A program made the position numbers and the translations under genes. The notes under the pieces were generated by a model. The model was not told where the DNA came from. It saw only the letters and a program-made list of their open reading frames with translations, and ran no database searches. Positions 41,275 through 51,017 of a DNA stretch of 64,000 nucleotides are shown here, one piece after another. The first letter of the stretch is position 1, and each line of letters opens with the position of its first letter. Origin of the DNA: Cyanobacteria bacterium J06626_4 (GTDB taxonomy: Bacteria; Cyanobacteriota; Cyanobacteriia; Phormidesmidales; Phormidesmidaceae); the NCBI GenBank assembly GCA_038523235.1, contig JBCBJQ010000004.1, positions 32,001 through 96,000 on the forward strand, written 5' to 3'.

Positions 41275-42651
41275 CTATAATTGCCCGTTCCAAGTCAACC
41301 GTTGCTCTGCTGAGTGCTCGCCGAGCGATCGCTCGATGTGTAATTCCACTTGGGCAAAGGTGCCCTGCCGCAGATCGCGATCGCGAATATCAAGTTGCCC
41401 CAGAGCCAGCACAAATCGGTTTTGATCCCGCGTCACCACCTGCGGGGGCAAGACGCCAGCAAAGCGTTCTTGATAGCGGGCCCGGCGACTGTTGCGCGGG
41501 TCGTCATCGGTTGTGCGATAAATCAACTCAAATCGGGTCGTGACTGCTGCCGATTCGCGGCCTAAATCAATCACCGTGAGCGTCCAATCTCGCCCAGAGC
41601 CACTGGGATTGCCCCACGCTAAATCGGTCACTCGGTCGGCTCGAACAATCTGGTCAATGGTGTAAGTGGTCGTTGCACTGTTGCGATCAAGACGACCCTC
41701 AATCCAATAGCGATCGGGAAATTGAATCTGTACGTCTCCCGAGTCTGCCAATGTCGCCGTGGGGCTCAAGCCTAAAAACTGCGTGGGCGCTCGCGGCGCT
41801 TGCCACCGGAGTTGCACCTGAGCTTCTATTTGCCCCAAATACTGGTTGTACGTATTCGCAACCACGGAGCCGCTGGCTAATAAAGCCCCGATGCCTTGCC
41901 GCGCTTCCCATCGATGCTTGGATAGGGTAACGGGTTGGCTCAGCCAGGTGGATAACGGCTCGGTTAGAGTCGGCTGCTCGGGTGGCAGCAACTCGGCTTG
42001 GTCAATCAACCAAACCTGACCCGGTGAGCCGGTGGCGCCGTCACGACCATCGCGGCCATATCGTCCTGAGTCACCATCACGGCAGTCATAGCGTTCTTCA
42101 TGGCAATTGCCGTCTTGACACACCTCGACTCGCCAGCTGCGGTCATCGCAGCGACAGCCGACGCTGCCGCGCCCCCCCCGACCGCCACGTCCCGCATCGC
42201 CTCCAGCCGCATTGACGAACACTTGGCGCAGCTGGGTCGGGTCAGTGTAATAGAGAGTGACTGCACCGCCTTGTCCCCCCCGGCCGCCGTCACCGCCGTT
42301 ACCGCCATCGCCGCCATTGGGTGCCTGAAGGTCATAACGCACATCGTGGGGTTGTGCTGAACAGGTGGGGCGATCGGCATCACCGCCCTCTTCGCCATCC
42401 TGCCCTAAGGCACCGATGGTGTTTACCTGGCGAGGAGCGCCATCAATAAAAACGCTCTGGCGATCGCCATCACGGCCAGTGCGACCGGCTCGGCCATTGA
42501 CCCCATCGCGACCATCGATGCCATAGGTGCGTACTTGAGCCGCTAGGGCCTGCCAGGCTGGCAAGGGCGGTAGGAGAGCGGAAAAGGCGATCGCCAGCAT
42601 CAAGCCAGCGAGGCTAAAGGCAAACGCAGTCCGAAATTTCATAGGAATCAA
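41275..42651 (-). CDS. Secreted collagen-like (Gly-X-Y) protein
   Basis: Signal peptide; interrupted GxxGxxG runs; Cys-rich insert GCRCDD...C...C...C; start could be 42642. Confidence 0.8.
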   Translation of the reverse strand: MIPMKFRTAFAFSLAGLMLAIAFSALLPPLPAWQALAAQVRTYGIDGRDGVNGRAGRTGRDGDRQSVFIDGAPRQVNTIGALGQDGEEGGDADRPTCSAQPHDVRYDLQAPNGGDGGNGGDGGRGGQGGAVTLYYTDPTQLRQVFVNAAGGDAGRGGRGGRGSVGCRCDDRSWRVEVCQDGNCHEERYDCRDGDSGRYGRDGRDGATGSPGQVWLIDQAELLPPEQPTLTEPLSTWLSQPVTLSKHRWEARQGIGALLASGSVVANTYNQYLGQIEAQVQLRWQAPRAPTQFLGLSPTATLADSGDVQIQFPDRYWIEGRLDRNSATTTYTIDQIVRADRVTDLAWGNPSGSGRDWTLTVIDLGRESAAVTTRFELIYRTTDDDPRNSRRARYQERFAGVLPPQVVTRDQNRFVLALGQLDIRDRDLRQGTFAQVELHIERSLGEHSAEQRLTWNGQL

Positions 42652-43013
42652 ATCTAGAATTTAGGGGGCAGAGTCAAGCACGACGTTAGTTTCGCTACCA
42701 CTGGTGTCGCACAAAAATCGGGGGCGCGAGAGCGGTGGCTGATCGGTTTGTTGCCGCCAGTGTAATCAGCTCCAGGGAATTTAGAAGATGGACGGTCACC
42801 CAACAGAATCGGTAGCAGGTATCGTATTTGACTTACTACATGACGCTTAATAACGAATCAGTGTTTCTTAATCCCAGCTTGCTCCCCATGGCAATGGGTA
42901 CCCTATCGCTGTCTGAGGATAGAGGGATAAATCACCCATGCAGCGGCTGAGAAAGTGACACCAGCTGCCAGGAAGTTCCGGCGATGCTGGTGCTGTGAAG
43001 TCGGGGCAAATGA

Positions 43014-43955
43014 CTAGGAAGTTCTGAACTGAGGCCCGTCAAATGTGCCCAACAGACGCACCTCAGGATGTAGCAAGATATTCCACTTGTCTTGGACTTC
43101 GTCTTGTACCGACCGGATCAGACTCAAAACATCTTCGGCGGTGGCTCCGCCTACATTCACAATGAAATTAGCGTGCATAGGTGAGACCTGAGCTTGGCCA
43201 ATCTGCAACGCTTTCAGCCCGGTTTGCTCAATCAGCCAGCCCGCTTTGTGGGAGCTGGGGTTACGAAAGACACTGCCACAGCTGGGTAAATGATAAGGCT
43301 GAGTTGAGCGTCGCTGGGCGATCGCTGCCTGAGTATCAGCCATGACCTCGGCGACAGCATCTCCAGGCGTTAACTGAAACGTGGCCTGAGTCACCATGCA
43401 GAGCTTCGACTGCAGGCTAGAGGTGCGATAGGAAAAGTTCAGTTCTTGAGGCGAGAGCACGATTGGCTCACCTGCCAGCGTGACCCCATGAGCTTGAATC
43501 AAGCTGTCTGCGGTGCAGGCACGATGAGCACCCGCGTTCATAAAGACTGCCCCACCGACCGTACCGGGAATGCCCACAGCCCATTCCAGACCGCGCCAGC
43601 CGCGACGTGCCGCTTTCCAGGCGAGATTAGGCAGCGGTTCACCAGCGGCAACCGTCAATTGGCCGGTCGTTTCGTCAAAGTCAACGCCTCGCAGATGGCG
43701 TGTACAGACGACGAGGCCTCGCAAGCCGCGATCGCTCACCAGCAAATTAGACCCCGCGCCTAAAAAGGTTACGGGTAACTCATGGCTTTGAGCCCACTGC
43801 AAACTAGCGGCGATATCGCTAGACGTCTTTGGCAAAGTGAACCAGTCAGCTTTGCCGCCTACTCGATAAGAGGTGAAAGCCGCTAGGGAAATTCGCTGCT
43901 GCAGAGGGAACGTCGGTTCTTTGACCACGTCAATCGCATCCAGGGAAAGTACCAC
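43014..43955 (-). CDS. murB: UDP-N-acetylmuramate dehydrogenase
   Basis: LGAGSNLL, GIPGTVGGAVFMNAGA, PSCGSVFRNP, HANFIVN. Confidence 0.97.
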   Translation of the reverse strand: MVLSLDAIDVVKEPTFPLQQRISLAAFTSYRVGGKADWFTLPKTSSDIAASLQWAQSHELPVTFLGAGSNLLVSDRGLRGLVVCTRHLRGVDFDETTGQLTVAAGEPLPNLAWKAARRGWRGLEWAVGIPGTVGGAVFMNAGAHRACTADSLIQAHGVTLAGEPIVLSPQELNFSYRTSSLQSKLCMVTQATFQLTPGDAVAEVMADTQAAIAQRRSTQPYHLPSCGSVFRNPSSHKAGWLIEQTGLKALQIGQAQVSPMHANFIVNVGGATAEDVLSLIRSVQDEVQDKWNILLHPEVRLLGTFDGPQFRTS

Positions 43956-43994
43956 AGTTTATCTCCGCCAAAGTTAAGTTAGCAACAACGGCAG

Positions 43995-45485
43995 TTATGC
44001 CTGTCGCACTGCCTGTATCTCAGCGTTCATAAAGGGTTCCATCACATCCGGAATAATTCGGTTGAGATTGCCAGCCCCTAAAAACAGAGCCATGTCACCC
44101 GGTTGTAGACGCTCGACCAAGACGGCACTGACGGCTTCTAAAGATGAGCAGTACTGCACCTGGGGATGGTAGGCCGCGATCTCATTGGCCACTGTTCTAG
44201 CGGAAAACCCTGGTGGCTCAATTTCACCCGCGCTGTAGACATCCGTGACAATCACTTCATCTGCCTCTTTGAAAGCTTGAGCAAAGTCGTCTAAGAAGGC
44301 AGCGATTCGACTGTAGCGGTGCGGCTGGAAAACGGCAAAAACGCGCTTCACATGACACCCTAGTGGGCGATCAGCTTTTTTGAGTAAGCCAGCAGTTGCC
44401 AAGGTAACCTTAATCTCGCTGGGGTGGTGAGCATAGTCATCCACAAACTGAATGCCGTTGTAAAACCCACGACTTTCAAAGCGGCGGCGTGCGCCTTCAA
44501 AATCGGCGAGTCCTGTAGCCAAGTCCTCAAAATTAGCGCCGACTTGACGGCCAGCGGCAATCACCGCGAGAGCATTGCTCAGATTATGTTTGCCTGGCAC
44601 TGAGAGGCGCAATACGCCCAGCCGATGGCCGCGCTCCCAAACCACCGCTCGGGTACCCGTCGCGCCGTAGACAACTTCGCTCACAGTGTAATCAGCTGCA
44701 CCGCCGACTTCGACAGCATAGGTAATATCCGGCTCAATAAAGGAGCGAATGGTGGCACAGTCGGCTGAAGCGATCACGGTTTCTGCCTGCTCAGCAAACT
44801 GCCGAAAGATATCCACAACATCGTCGAGACTGCTGTAGTGGTCGGGATGATCCAGCTCAATGTTGGTGATAATACCAATCTTGGGTGATAGCTTCACCAG
44901 CGAGCCATCAGACTCATCCGCCTCGGCCACAAACCAGTCGCTGCTACCTAGATGAGCGTTGCCTTCCCAGGCCGAAACTTCACCCCCGACAACAATAGTG
45001 GGGTCAATGCCGGCGGCCAAGAGGGCGTAGCCCATCATGCTGCTCGTGGTGGTTTTGCCATGGGTGCCCGCAACCGCGATGCTCTGCTGCTGCCGCATTA
45101 AGGCTGCTAACAGATCAGAGCGATGAAAGATGGGACAGCCCATGGCCTTAGCGGCCCGGTACTCATCATTACTTTCGTTGATGGCTGTTGAACAGATGAC
45201 TTGAGGTAAACTGACTGACTGCTGAGCACGGTTAGACACTAGAGCCTGATGGCCGTATCCGTCGTTAACGTCACGCTCAAAAAAGCTTAAATTCTCTGCT
45301 TCTTGTTTCCAAAAAACGTGAGCCCCTGATTCTTGCAGGCGCTGAGTTATGTGACTCAACCGCAAATCTGATCCTGAAACCGGTAGTCGTTGCTGCGTTA
45401 AGACATAAGCCAACGCAGACATTCCAATCCCGCCAATTCCGATGAAATGGAAGGGTCTACCGCTGAAATCCACAGAATTCAGCAT
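43995..45485 (-). CDS. murC: UDP-N-acetylmuramate--L-alanine ligase
   Basis: HFIGIGGIGMS, AGTHGKTTT, EADESD, DDYAHHP, FQPHRYSR; ATG at 45485 follows a GAGGAG RBS. Confidence 0.97.
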   Translation of the reverse strand: MLNSVDFSGRPFHFIGIGGIGMSALAYVLTQQRLPVSGSDLRLSHITQRLQESGAHVFWKQEAENLSFFERDVNDGYGHQALVSNRAQQSVSLPQVICSTAINESNDEYRAAKAMGCPIFHRSDLLAALMRQQQSIAVAGTHGKTTTSSMMGYALLAAGIDPTIVVGGEVSAWEGNAHLGSSDWFVAEADESDGSLVKLSPKIGIITNIELDHPDHYSSLDDVVDIFRQFAEQAETVIASADCATIRSFIEPDITYAVEVGGAADYTVSEVVYGATGTRAVVWERGHRLGVLRLSVPGKHNLSNALAVIAAGRQVGANFEDLATGLADFEGARRRFESRGFYNGIQFVDDYAHHPSEIKVTLATAGLLKKADRPLGCHVKRVFAVFQPHRYSRIAAFLDDFAQAFKEADEVIVTDVYSAGEIEPPGFSARTVANEIAAYHPQVQYCSSLEAVSAVLVERLQPGDMALFLGAGNLNRIIPDVMEPFMNAEIQAVRQA

Positions 45486-45490
45486 CTTAT

Positions 45491-45514
45491 ACTCCTCGAC
45501 ATGCCACACCACAC
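45491..45514 (-). promoter_or_regulatory. Putative Yfr1 sRNA target site over the murC RBS
   Basis: mRNA GUGUGGUGUG-N7-GAGGAGU is complementary, in two blocks, to the Yfr1 seed region ACUCCUCACAC(CACAC). Confidence 0.6.
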
Positions 45515-46476
45515 CAATATCAGGCGTATCATACCAGGTATCCCTAGGATGACCTAAAAACCGGCTCTAATTCACTAGACTGAGCATTATGCTTAGCTTT
45601 TAGCAATTTTGAATACACCTTGAGAGAACAGATTCTGCTTGAGTTTAGTTGCATTTAACTATTAATGCAGCGGTCGCAGCGGCAACGTGATGAGTTCAAA
45701 TTCACACCGCGATCAGCTTTTTCCACTGTTCTAAATGAAGGATTGAGAAACGATTTTATAGTTCTCTATACAGCCTCCTATCAATGGTTCCCGAATATAG
45801 CAAGAGATTTGGGTTTGAGAACATTGATGGCCGTGAATGTTACAGACAGCGCCTTGAAATTAAGTTTTCAGTCTATTAATCGTGGTCTTCCGGAATCAGC
45901 GCTATGGTAGTTTCCTCCAAAATGTTCAAGGTTAGGCAGACGCGCTTGACCGCAGCTAATTCAGCGGCAGGCTATAGAAAGCTGAGGCCTGGATTGAGTT
46001 ATCGATTTCTGCTGCCGAATCAGCACAGTTTTCATTCTCAATCCGGTTAATCCGTACTGTTTTGAATGCGGCGCTCATATCAAGTTCCAGTAGTCGGCCA
46101 ACCCTCAACCACAAACTAGTCATTAATCGCCTGCCCAGGGCTACTGAAAAATTGAAAAGGGTGAGGGAAAAATGTCTTAATGACTCGGTATACCCAGAAC
46201 AGTCTCTCTGAGAGGCGTGATCCAGTTCCTTCGCAGCCAACATCTGAGAACGCTGATCAAAGCTCATCTTTAGGAAGGATTTGCAGATGCCGCAACGTGA
46301 CTGAAGCCGTCGAACACTAACGATAGCGTTCAAACTGTTTGCCAGACAAGGTGTTGAGTTGGCTGGCTAGGTCTCTCAGGTTGGCAATTAGACCGTTTGC
46401 TGCCAGGTCCGAAAATGGCGAGACAGCCTAGGGGACTTCTCCTATGCTGGGGCTGTCTTGTTCAAAGACGGATCTT

Positions 46477-47925
46477 ATGCTGACAGATGATCAATATTAT
46501 CAAGCCCTCCTGAGTCGGGATCGCCGGTTTGATGGCGTCTTCTTTGTCGGTGTGGCGAGCACGGGCATCTATTGCCGTACAGTATGTACGGCGAAACCGC
46601 CGCAGCGCAAAAATTGTACGTTTTATCCCAGCGCTGCCGCTGCTGAGCAAGCGGGCTATCGCCCCTGCTTGCGCTGTCGGCCTGAGTTAGCGCCGGGCCA
46701 GGCGAAGATTGATGCGATTGGGCGACTAGCCGCCGCTGCCGCTGGGCAAATTGAGAATGGGGTGCTGACGGAGCGATCAGTCGCAGAGTTGGCCCAGTTG
46801 CTGGGGGTGAGCGATCGCCATTTGCGGCGAGTGCTGCGACAAGAATTGGGGGTGTCGCCGATTCAGCTGGCGCAGACCCAGCGCTTGTTGTTGGCCAAAC
46901 GTCTGTTAACCGATAGCCAACTTTCGATTGCCGAAGTGGCGTTTGCGAGCGGCTTTTCGAGTGTGAGACGGCTGAACGTTCTGTTTAAAGAGCGCTATCG
47001 GCTGCGACCAACTGACCTGCGCAAAACGCAACGGCAGACGAGCCGCTCCGTGCCTGAGACGCTGCGTTGTGAACTGGCCTATCGGCCCCCGTTTCACTGG
47101 GCTAAACTGCTCCATTTTTTGGCGGGGCGAGCGATTGCTGGCGTGGAGCAAATTGAGCGTGATCGCTACCAGCGCACCGTGCAGATTGGCTCGTATCAAG
47201 GCTGGATTTGCGTATCGCCCATTCCCACTCAAGACAAGCTACAGGTCGAACTGTCGGTATCGTTGGTAGCGGCGATTTTACCCGTGCTCACGCGGGTCAA
47301 AACCCTCTTTGATCTGGCCGCTGATCCGATTGCCATCGCCGCGCATTTAGAGCAAGCGAACTGGGGCCAGTGGCGGCCGACTTGTGAAGGCCTGCGAGTG
47401 CCAGGCGCTTTTGACGGTTTTGAGGTGGCTGTGCGGGCCATTTTAGGGCAGCAAGTGAGTGTTAAAGCCGCGACGACCCTCATGGGCCGAGTGGTGCAGA
47501 CGTTCGGCAGTCCACTACAGACGCCGCTATCGGGGTTGACGCATCTCACGCCGACAGCGGTGCAGTTGGCAACCGCCGAGGTGACCAGCCTGACCTCACT
47601 GGGGATTGTGTCTCGACGGGCGCAGGCGATTGTGGCGCTGGCCCAAGCCGTGGTACGAGGTGAGCTGCAGTTGGTGCCCTACGCCGATGTTGAGGTCACT
47701 GTCGAACGGCTCAAAGCCTTGCCCGGCATTGGCGACTGGACGGCTCAATACATGGCGATGCGCGTGTTAGCCTATCCGGATGCTTTTCCTCACAGTGATT
47801 TGGTGCTACGCCAGCGCTTAGGCGTCGATCGACCCCAGCAAGTCTGGCAAATTGCTGAGGCCTGGCGGCCTTGGCGGGCCTACGCTGCGATGTGTCTATG
47901 GACGTCTTTGGAGGCTATAAAATGA
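46477..47925 (+). CDS. alkA: Ada-AlkA fusion: Ada Zn/methylphosphotriester sensor + AraC HTH + DNA-3-methyladenine glycosylase II
   Basis: GIYCRTVC...RPCLRCRP four-Cys site; AraC HTH (VAFASGFSSVRR); RAILGQQVSV; HhH LPGIGDWTA...DAFP. Confidence 0.92.
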   Translation: MLTDDQYYQALLSRDRRFDGVFFVGVASTGIYCRTVCTAKPPQRKNCTFYPSAAAAEQAGYRPCLRCRPELAPGQAKIDAIGRLAAAAAGQIENGVLTERSVAELAQLLGVSDRHLRRVLRQELGVSPIQLAQTQRLLLAKRLLTDSQLSIAEVAFASGFSSVRRLNVLFKERYRLRPTDLRKTQRQTSRSVPETLRCELAYRPPFHWAKLLHFLAGRAIAGVEQIERDRYQRTVQIGSYQGWICVSPIPTQDKLQVELSVSLVAAILPVLTRVKTLFDLAADPIAIAAHLEQANWGQWRPTCEGLRVPGAFDGFEVAVRAILGQQVSVKAATTLMGRVVQTFGSPLQTPLSGLTHLTPTAVQLATAEVTSLTSLGIVSRRAQAIVALAQAVVRGELQLVPYADVEVTVERLKALPGIGDWTAQYMAMRVLAYPDAFPHSDLVLRQRLGVDRPQQVWQIAEAWRPWRAYAAMCLWTSLEAIK

Positions 47926-48479
47926 CTTACTACCAATGGATTGAGAGTCCTTTAGTGCCCCTGCTGCTGACCGGGGATGGGCGATCGCTGACCGGTCTCT
48001 ATCTTCAGGGCCAAAAGTATTTCCCGACCCAGACTGAGACCTGGAGGGAAGCCGCCCCAGTCGCGCCGTTTCCTCAAGTACGGCACCAGCTCAAGCAATA
48101 CTTTGCGGGGCAGCGTCAGTCCTTCGATTTACCGCTCAATCCGGTCGGCACGGATTTTCAACAGCAGGTTTGGCACTATTTGCCGCAGATTCCCTATGGC
48201 ACCACGATCGCCTATGGCACCCTGGCGGCAATGCTAGGCAAACCGGGGGCCGCGCGGGCGGTGGGGGCCGCCAATGGCCGCAATCCGATTTCGATCATTG
48301 TGCCGTGTCATCGAGTCATTGCGGCTGATCGCCAACTCACCGGCTACGCGGGTGGCATCGACCGCAAACGCTGGCTATTGCAGCATGAGCAGGCGCTCGT
48401 GAGCCTGGACCAGTCAGCGCTGTTGCAAACCTCACTGCCCTTGTTTGAGATCCCTGATGAAACCCCTGCAAATCGTTGA
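47922..48479 (+). CDS. ogt: Methylated-DNA--protein-cysteine methyltransferase
   Basis: IPYGTT, ARAVGAANGRNP, active-site PCHRV; ATGA overlap with the alkA stop. Confidence 0.95.
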   Translation: MTYYQWIESPLVPLLLTGDGRSLTGLYLQGQKYFPTQTETWREAAPVAPFPQVRHQLKQYFAGQRQSFDLPLNPVGTDFQQQVWHYLPQIPYGTTIAYGTLAAMLGKPGAARAVGAANGRNPISIIVPCHRVIAADRQLTGYAGGIDRKRWLLQHEQALVSLDQSALLQTSLPLFEIPDETPANR

Positions 48480-49335
48480 ATTGCTCAGCCTCGCTGCCGT
48501 GTGGGGCGGCTCCTTTTTATTTATGCGGATCGCGGCACCTGAGTTCGGCCCGATTTGGCTGATCGAAATCAGGGTGTTACTCGCGGCCCTCACCCTGCTG
48601 CCCCTCTTACTCAAACAGGGCCTCTGGCATGAACTGCAGCGGCACCGCCGCGCCTTGATGGTGGTGGGATTGCTCAACTCGGCCCTGCCGTTTTCACTGT
48701 TGGCGTTTACATCGCTCTTTTTGCCGGCGGGGATGACGGCGATTTTGAACGGTACGGTGCCGTTTTTTGGCGTGGCGGTGGCCTATGTCTGGCTACGGGA
48801 ACCGTTGACCCTAAGTCGGGTGTTGGGGCTGCTGCTGGGGTTTGTCGGCGTGGTGGTGTTGGTGGGCTGGCGCGGGACGGCAATCACGCCGGAAATTTTG
48901 TGGGCGATCGCGGCTGGCCTTTGCGCCGCCTTGATGTACGCGATCGCGGCACCGTTTATTCGGCTCAATCTGCAGGGTGTGCCCTCATTAGTGTTTGCCA
49001 CCGGTAGTCAGCTCAGCGCGGCCGTATTTCTGCTGCCCTTGCTGCCGTTTACGCAGCCTAGCGACCTGCCCTCTCCAAGGGCGGTTTTGGCCGTTTTAGG
49101 ACTGGCTCTGCTGTCCACGTCCCTGGCTTACATCCTCTATTTTCGCCTCATCCACAGCGTCGGCTCAACCCGTGCTTTGACGGTGACTTACCTGATTCCG
49201 CTGTTTGCCATCCTCTGGGGCGCGCTGGTGCTGAATGAGGCAATTACCGTGTCAATGCTGGCGGGCGGGGCGCTGATCTTATTGGGAACGGCGATCGCGA
49301 ATCAAGTGATCAAACTGCCCTTTGGCAAGGCCTAG
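48457..49335 (+). CDS. DMT/EamA family transporter
   Basis: AVWGGSF, ~10 TM helices, YILYFRLI...VTYLIP...LNE; overlaps the 3' end of ogt. Confidence 0.9.
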   Translation: MKPLQIVELLSLAAVWGGSFLFMRIAAPEFGPIWLIEIRVLLAALTLLPLLLKQGLWHELQRHRRALMVVGLLNSALPFSLLAFTSLFLPAGMTAILNGTVPFFGVAVAYVWLREPLTLSRVLGLLLGFVGVVVLVGWRGTAITPEILWAIAAGLCAALMYAIAAPFIRLNLQGVPSLVFATGSQLSAAVFLLPLLPFTQPSDLPSPRAVLAVLGLALLSTSLAYILYFRLIHSVGSTRALTVTYLIPLFAILWGALVLNEAITVSMLAGGALILLGTAIANQVIKLPFGKA

Positions 49336-49872
49336 CCCCTGAAGTGCTGATGCTTATGGTGAGAATAATCACTCCAGGTTAAGCCAGTAGGCAGAACCGT
49401 CCTTGACTCGATCAACCAATCCCCGCTCGAACAGTTCTCGCCGGAGGAGCGCCGGATCGCCAAAAGTATGATGCCGCCCTAGTAATTCGTTGATTTGGCG
49501 TTCACTGTAGTAAAGATCGGGCTCAACCTTAGAGGCCAGATACTCTAAAGCCCACTACTGCTGAAACCGACCTTTGTTGCGCCTCGAAGGCCATGCTGTG
49601 AGGCGACCCTGATCATCCAAATAATTTTTGAGCGCATCAGAATAGTTCATGATTCCGTCACTCGCAGGGAGGATCTCTGGCATTCTACCCAGATCTAATG
49701 ACTCATTTTGTTGCAGAATGTAACGCTTTTGGGGTCGCGTTTTCCCTTAGGTGAAGCAAATCCAAAACTTTGGCCCGCCTGATCGATTCCTTGCTTAGGA
49801 TATTCACCAGCGGACATTGTGAGAACTAATGATTCGCATTTATAAATACACCTCCCGACGGGAGCGATCGCT

Positions 49873-50850
49873 ATGAAACAAATTCCCGCTCCCTTATGGA
49901 CCCTGACGATTGGTGTAATCGTCACGCTGGTAAGTCTCTGGGTGGGCTTCAACAATGACTGGCTACCCGAGCAAGCATCGGCTCAGTCCGTTTTGGTGGA
50001 TAACTTTTTCAATGTGATGGTGGTGATCGGGACGGCACTCTTTTTAGTCGTAGAAGGCACCATCGTCTACTGTATGGTGCAGTTTCGGCGCCGCAAAGGA
50101 GATGACACCGACGGCCTGGCGATTGACGGCAACTTGCCTTTAGAAGCCTTTTGGACGGCCATTCCGGCTGTGATTGTCATCGGCTTGGGCATCTACAGTG
50201 TGCAAATTTTTCAGGATATGGGTGGGTTTGCCCCCGGCGATCAAGTGCATGAGCACGGCACAAGGCTCGCGCAAGCCTCCACGACTCCTTTGGGTGACTT
50301 GACAGCTGCCGAAGACGAGACGCTGCTTGCCCAATCTGTTTATGGCATTGGCGCACCTCTAGATAAGGAGGGTCAGGCGGCTGATCTTGAGGTCAATGTG
50401 GCGGGCATGCAGTACGCCTGGATCTTTACCTATCCCAACTCGGGCATTGTGGATGGCGAACTCCATGTGCCGGTGAATGCGGACGTGAAACTCAATATTT
50501 CTGCCAATGATGTCATTCATTCTTTTTGGGTGCCGCAGTTTCGTTTGAAGCAAGATGCGATTCCCGGCAAAGAGACTGAGCTCCGCTTTGTCGCAACCAA
50601 GCCCGGCACCTATCCGGTTGTCTGCGCCGAGTTATGCGGTGGCTATCACGGGGCTATGCGCACTCAGGTGATCGTCCATTCCCCCTCGGAGTTCAACAAC
50701 TGGTTAGAACAGCGCACTGCTCAGGCTGAGACAGGCACAGCTGAGACCGTCGCGATCAATCCGGCTGATCTGACCGACGCCGACTACTTAGCACCCTATG
50801 GCAAGGCGGCTGGGGTCGAGTCTCATTTGCTGGCTCACCTGTCTGATTGA
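49873..50850 (+). CDS. ctaC: Cytochrome c oxidase subunit II
   Basis: DVIHSFWVP and CuA motif CAELCGGYHGAM. Confidence 0.96.
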   Translation: MKQIPAPLWTLTIGVIVTLVSLWVGFNNDWLPEQASAQSVLVDNFFNVMVVIGTALFLVVEGTIVYCMVQFRRRKGDDTDGLAIDGNLPLEAFWTAIPAVIVIGLGIYSVQIFQDMGGFAPGDQVHEHGTRLAQASTTPLGDLTAAEDETLLAQSVYGIGAPLDKEGQAADLEVNVAGMQYAWIFTYPNSGIVDGELHVPVNADVKLNISANDVIHSFWVPQFRLKQDAIPGKETELRFVATKPGTYPVVCAELCGGYHGAMRTQVIVHSPSEFNNWLEQRTAQAETGTAETVAINPADLTDADYLAPYGKAAGVESHLLAHLSD

Positions 50851-51017
50851 AATCTCAGCTAAGCCAGCATTGTTGTTGGGGCAGGATGGTTTTCGATATC
50901 GGCCTCAACGTTTCTTCAAGACTTTTCTGAAACTGCCTTTTTAAGGCTCCTCAAATTGTTTCGCTGCACTCTACGCTTTCTCACCCATACATAACTCATT
51001 GCTCTCTTAAATTTTCT

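Noticed and set aside
45956..46333. 125-aa minus-strand ORF in the murC-alkA gap
   Set aside because: TTG start, atypical composition and no motif
46402..46428. CCAGGTCCGAAAATGGCGAGACAGCC resembling the SRP RNA domain IV
   Set aside because: Lacks the GGAA tetraloop/GGAAGCAGC motif and the long flanking helix; better explained as an operator upstream of alkA
49707..49724. HLR1-like repeat upstream of ctaC (GTTACATT-CT-GCAACAAA, minus strand)
   Set aside because: Two mismatches in one half-site and no mapped promoter; too weak to call
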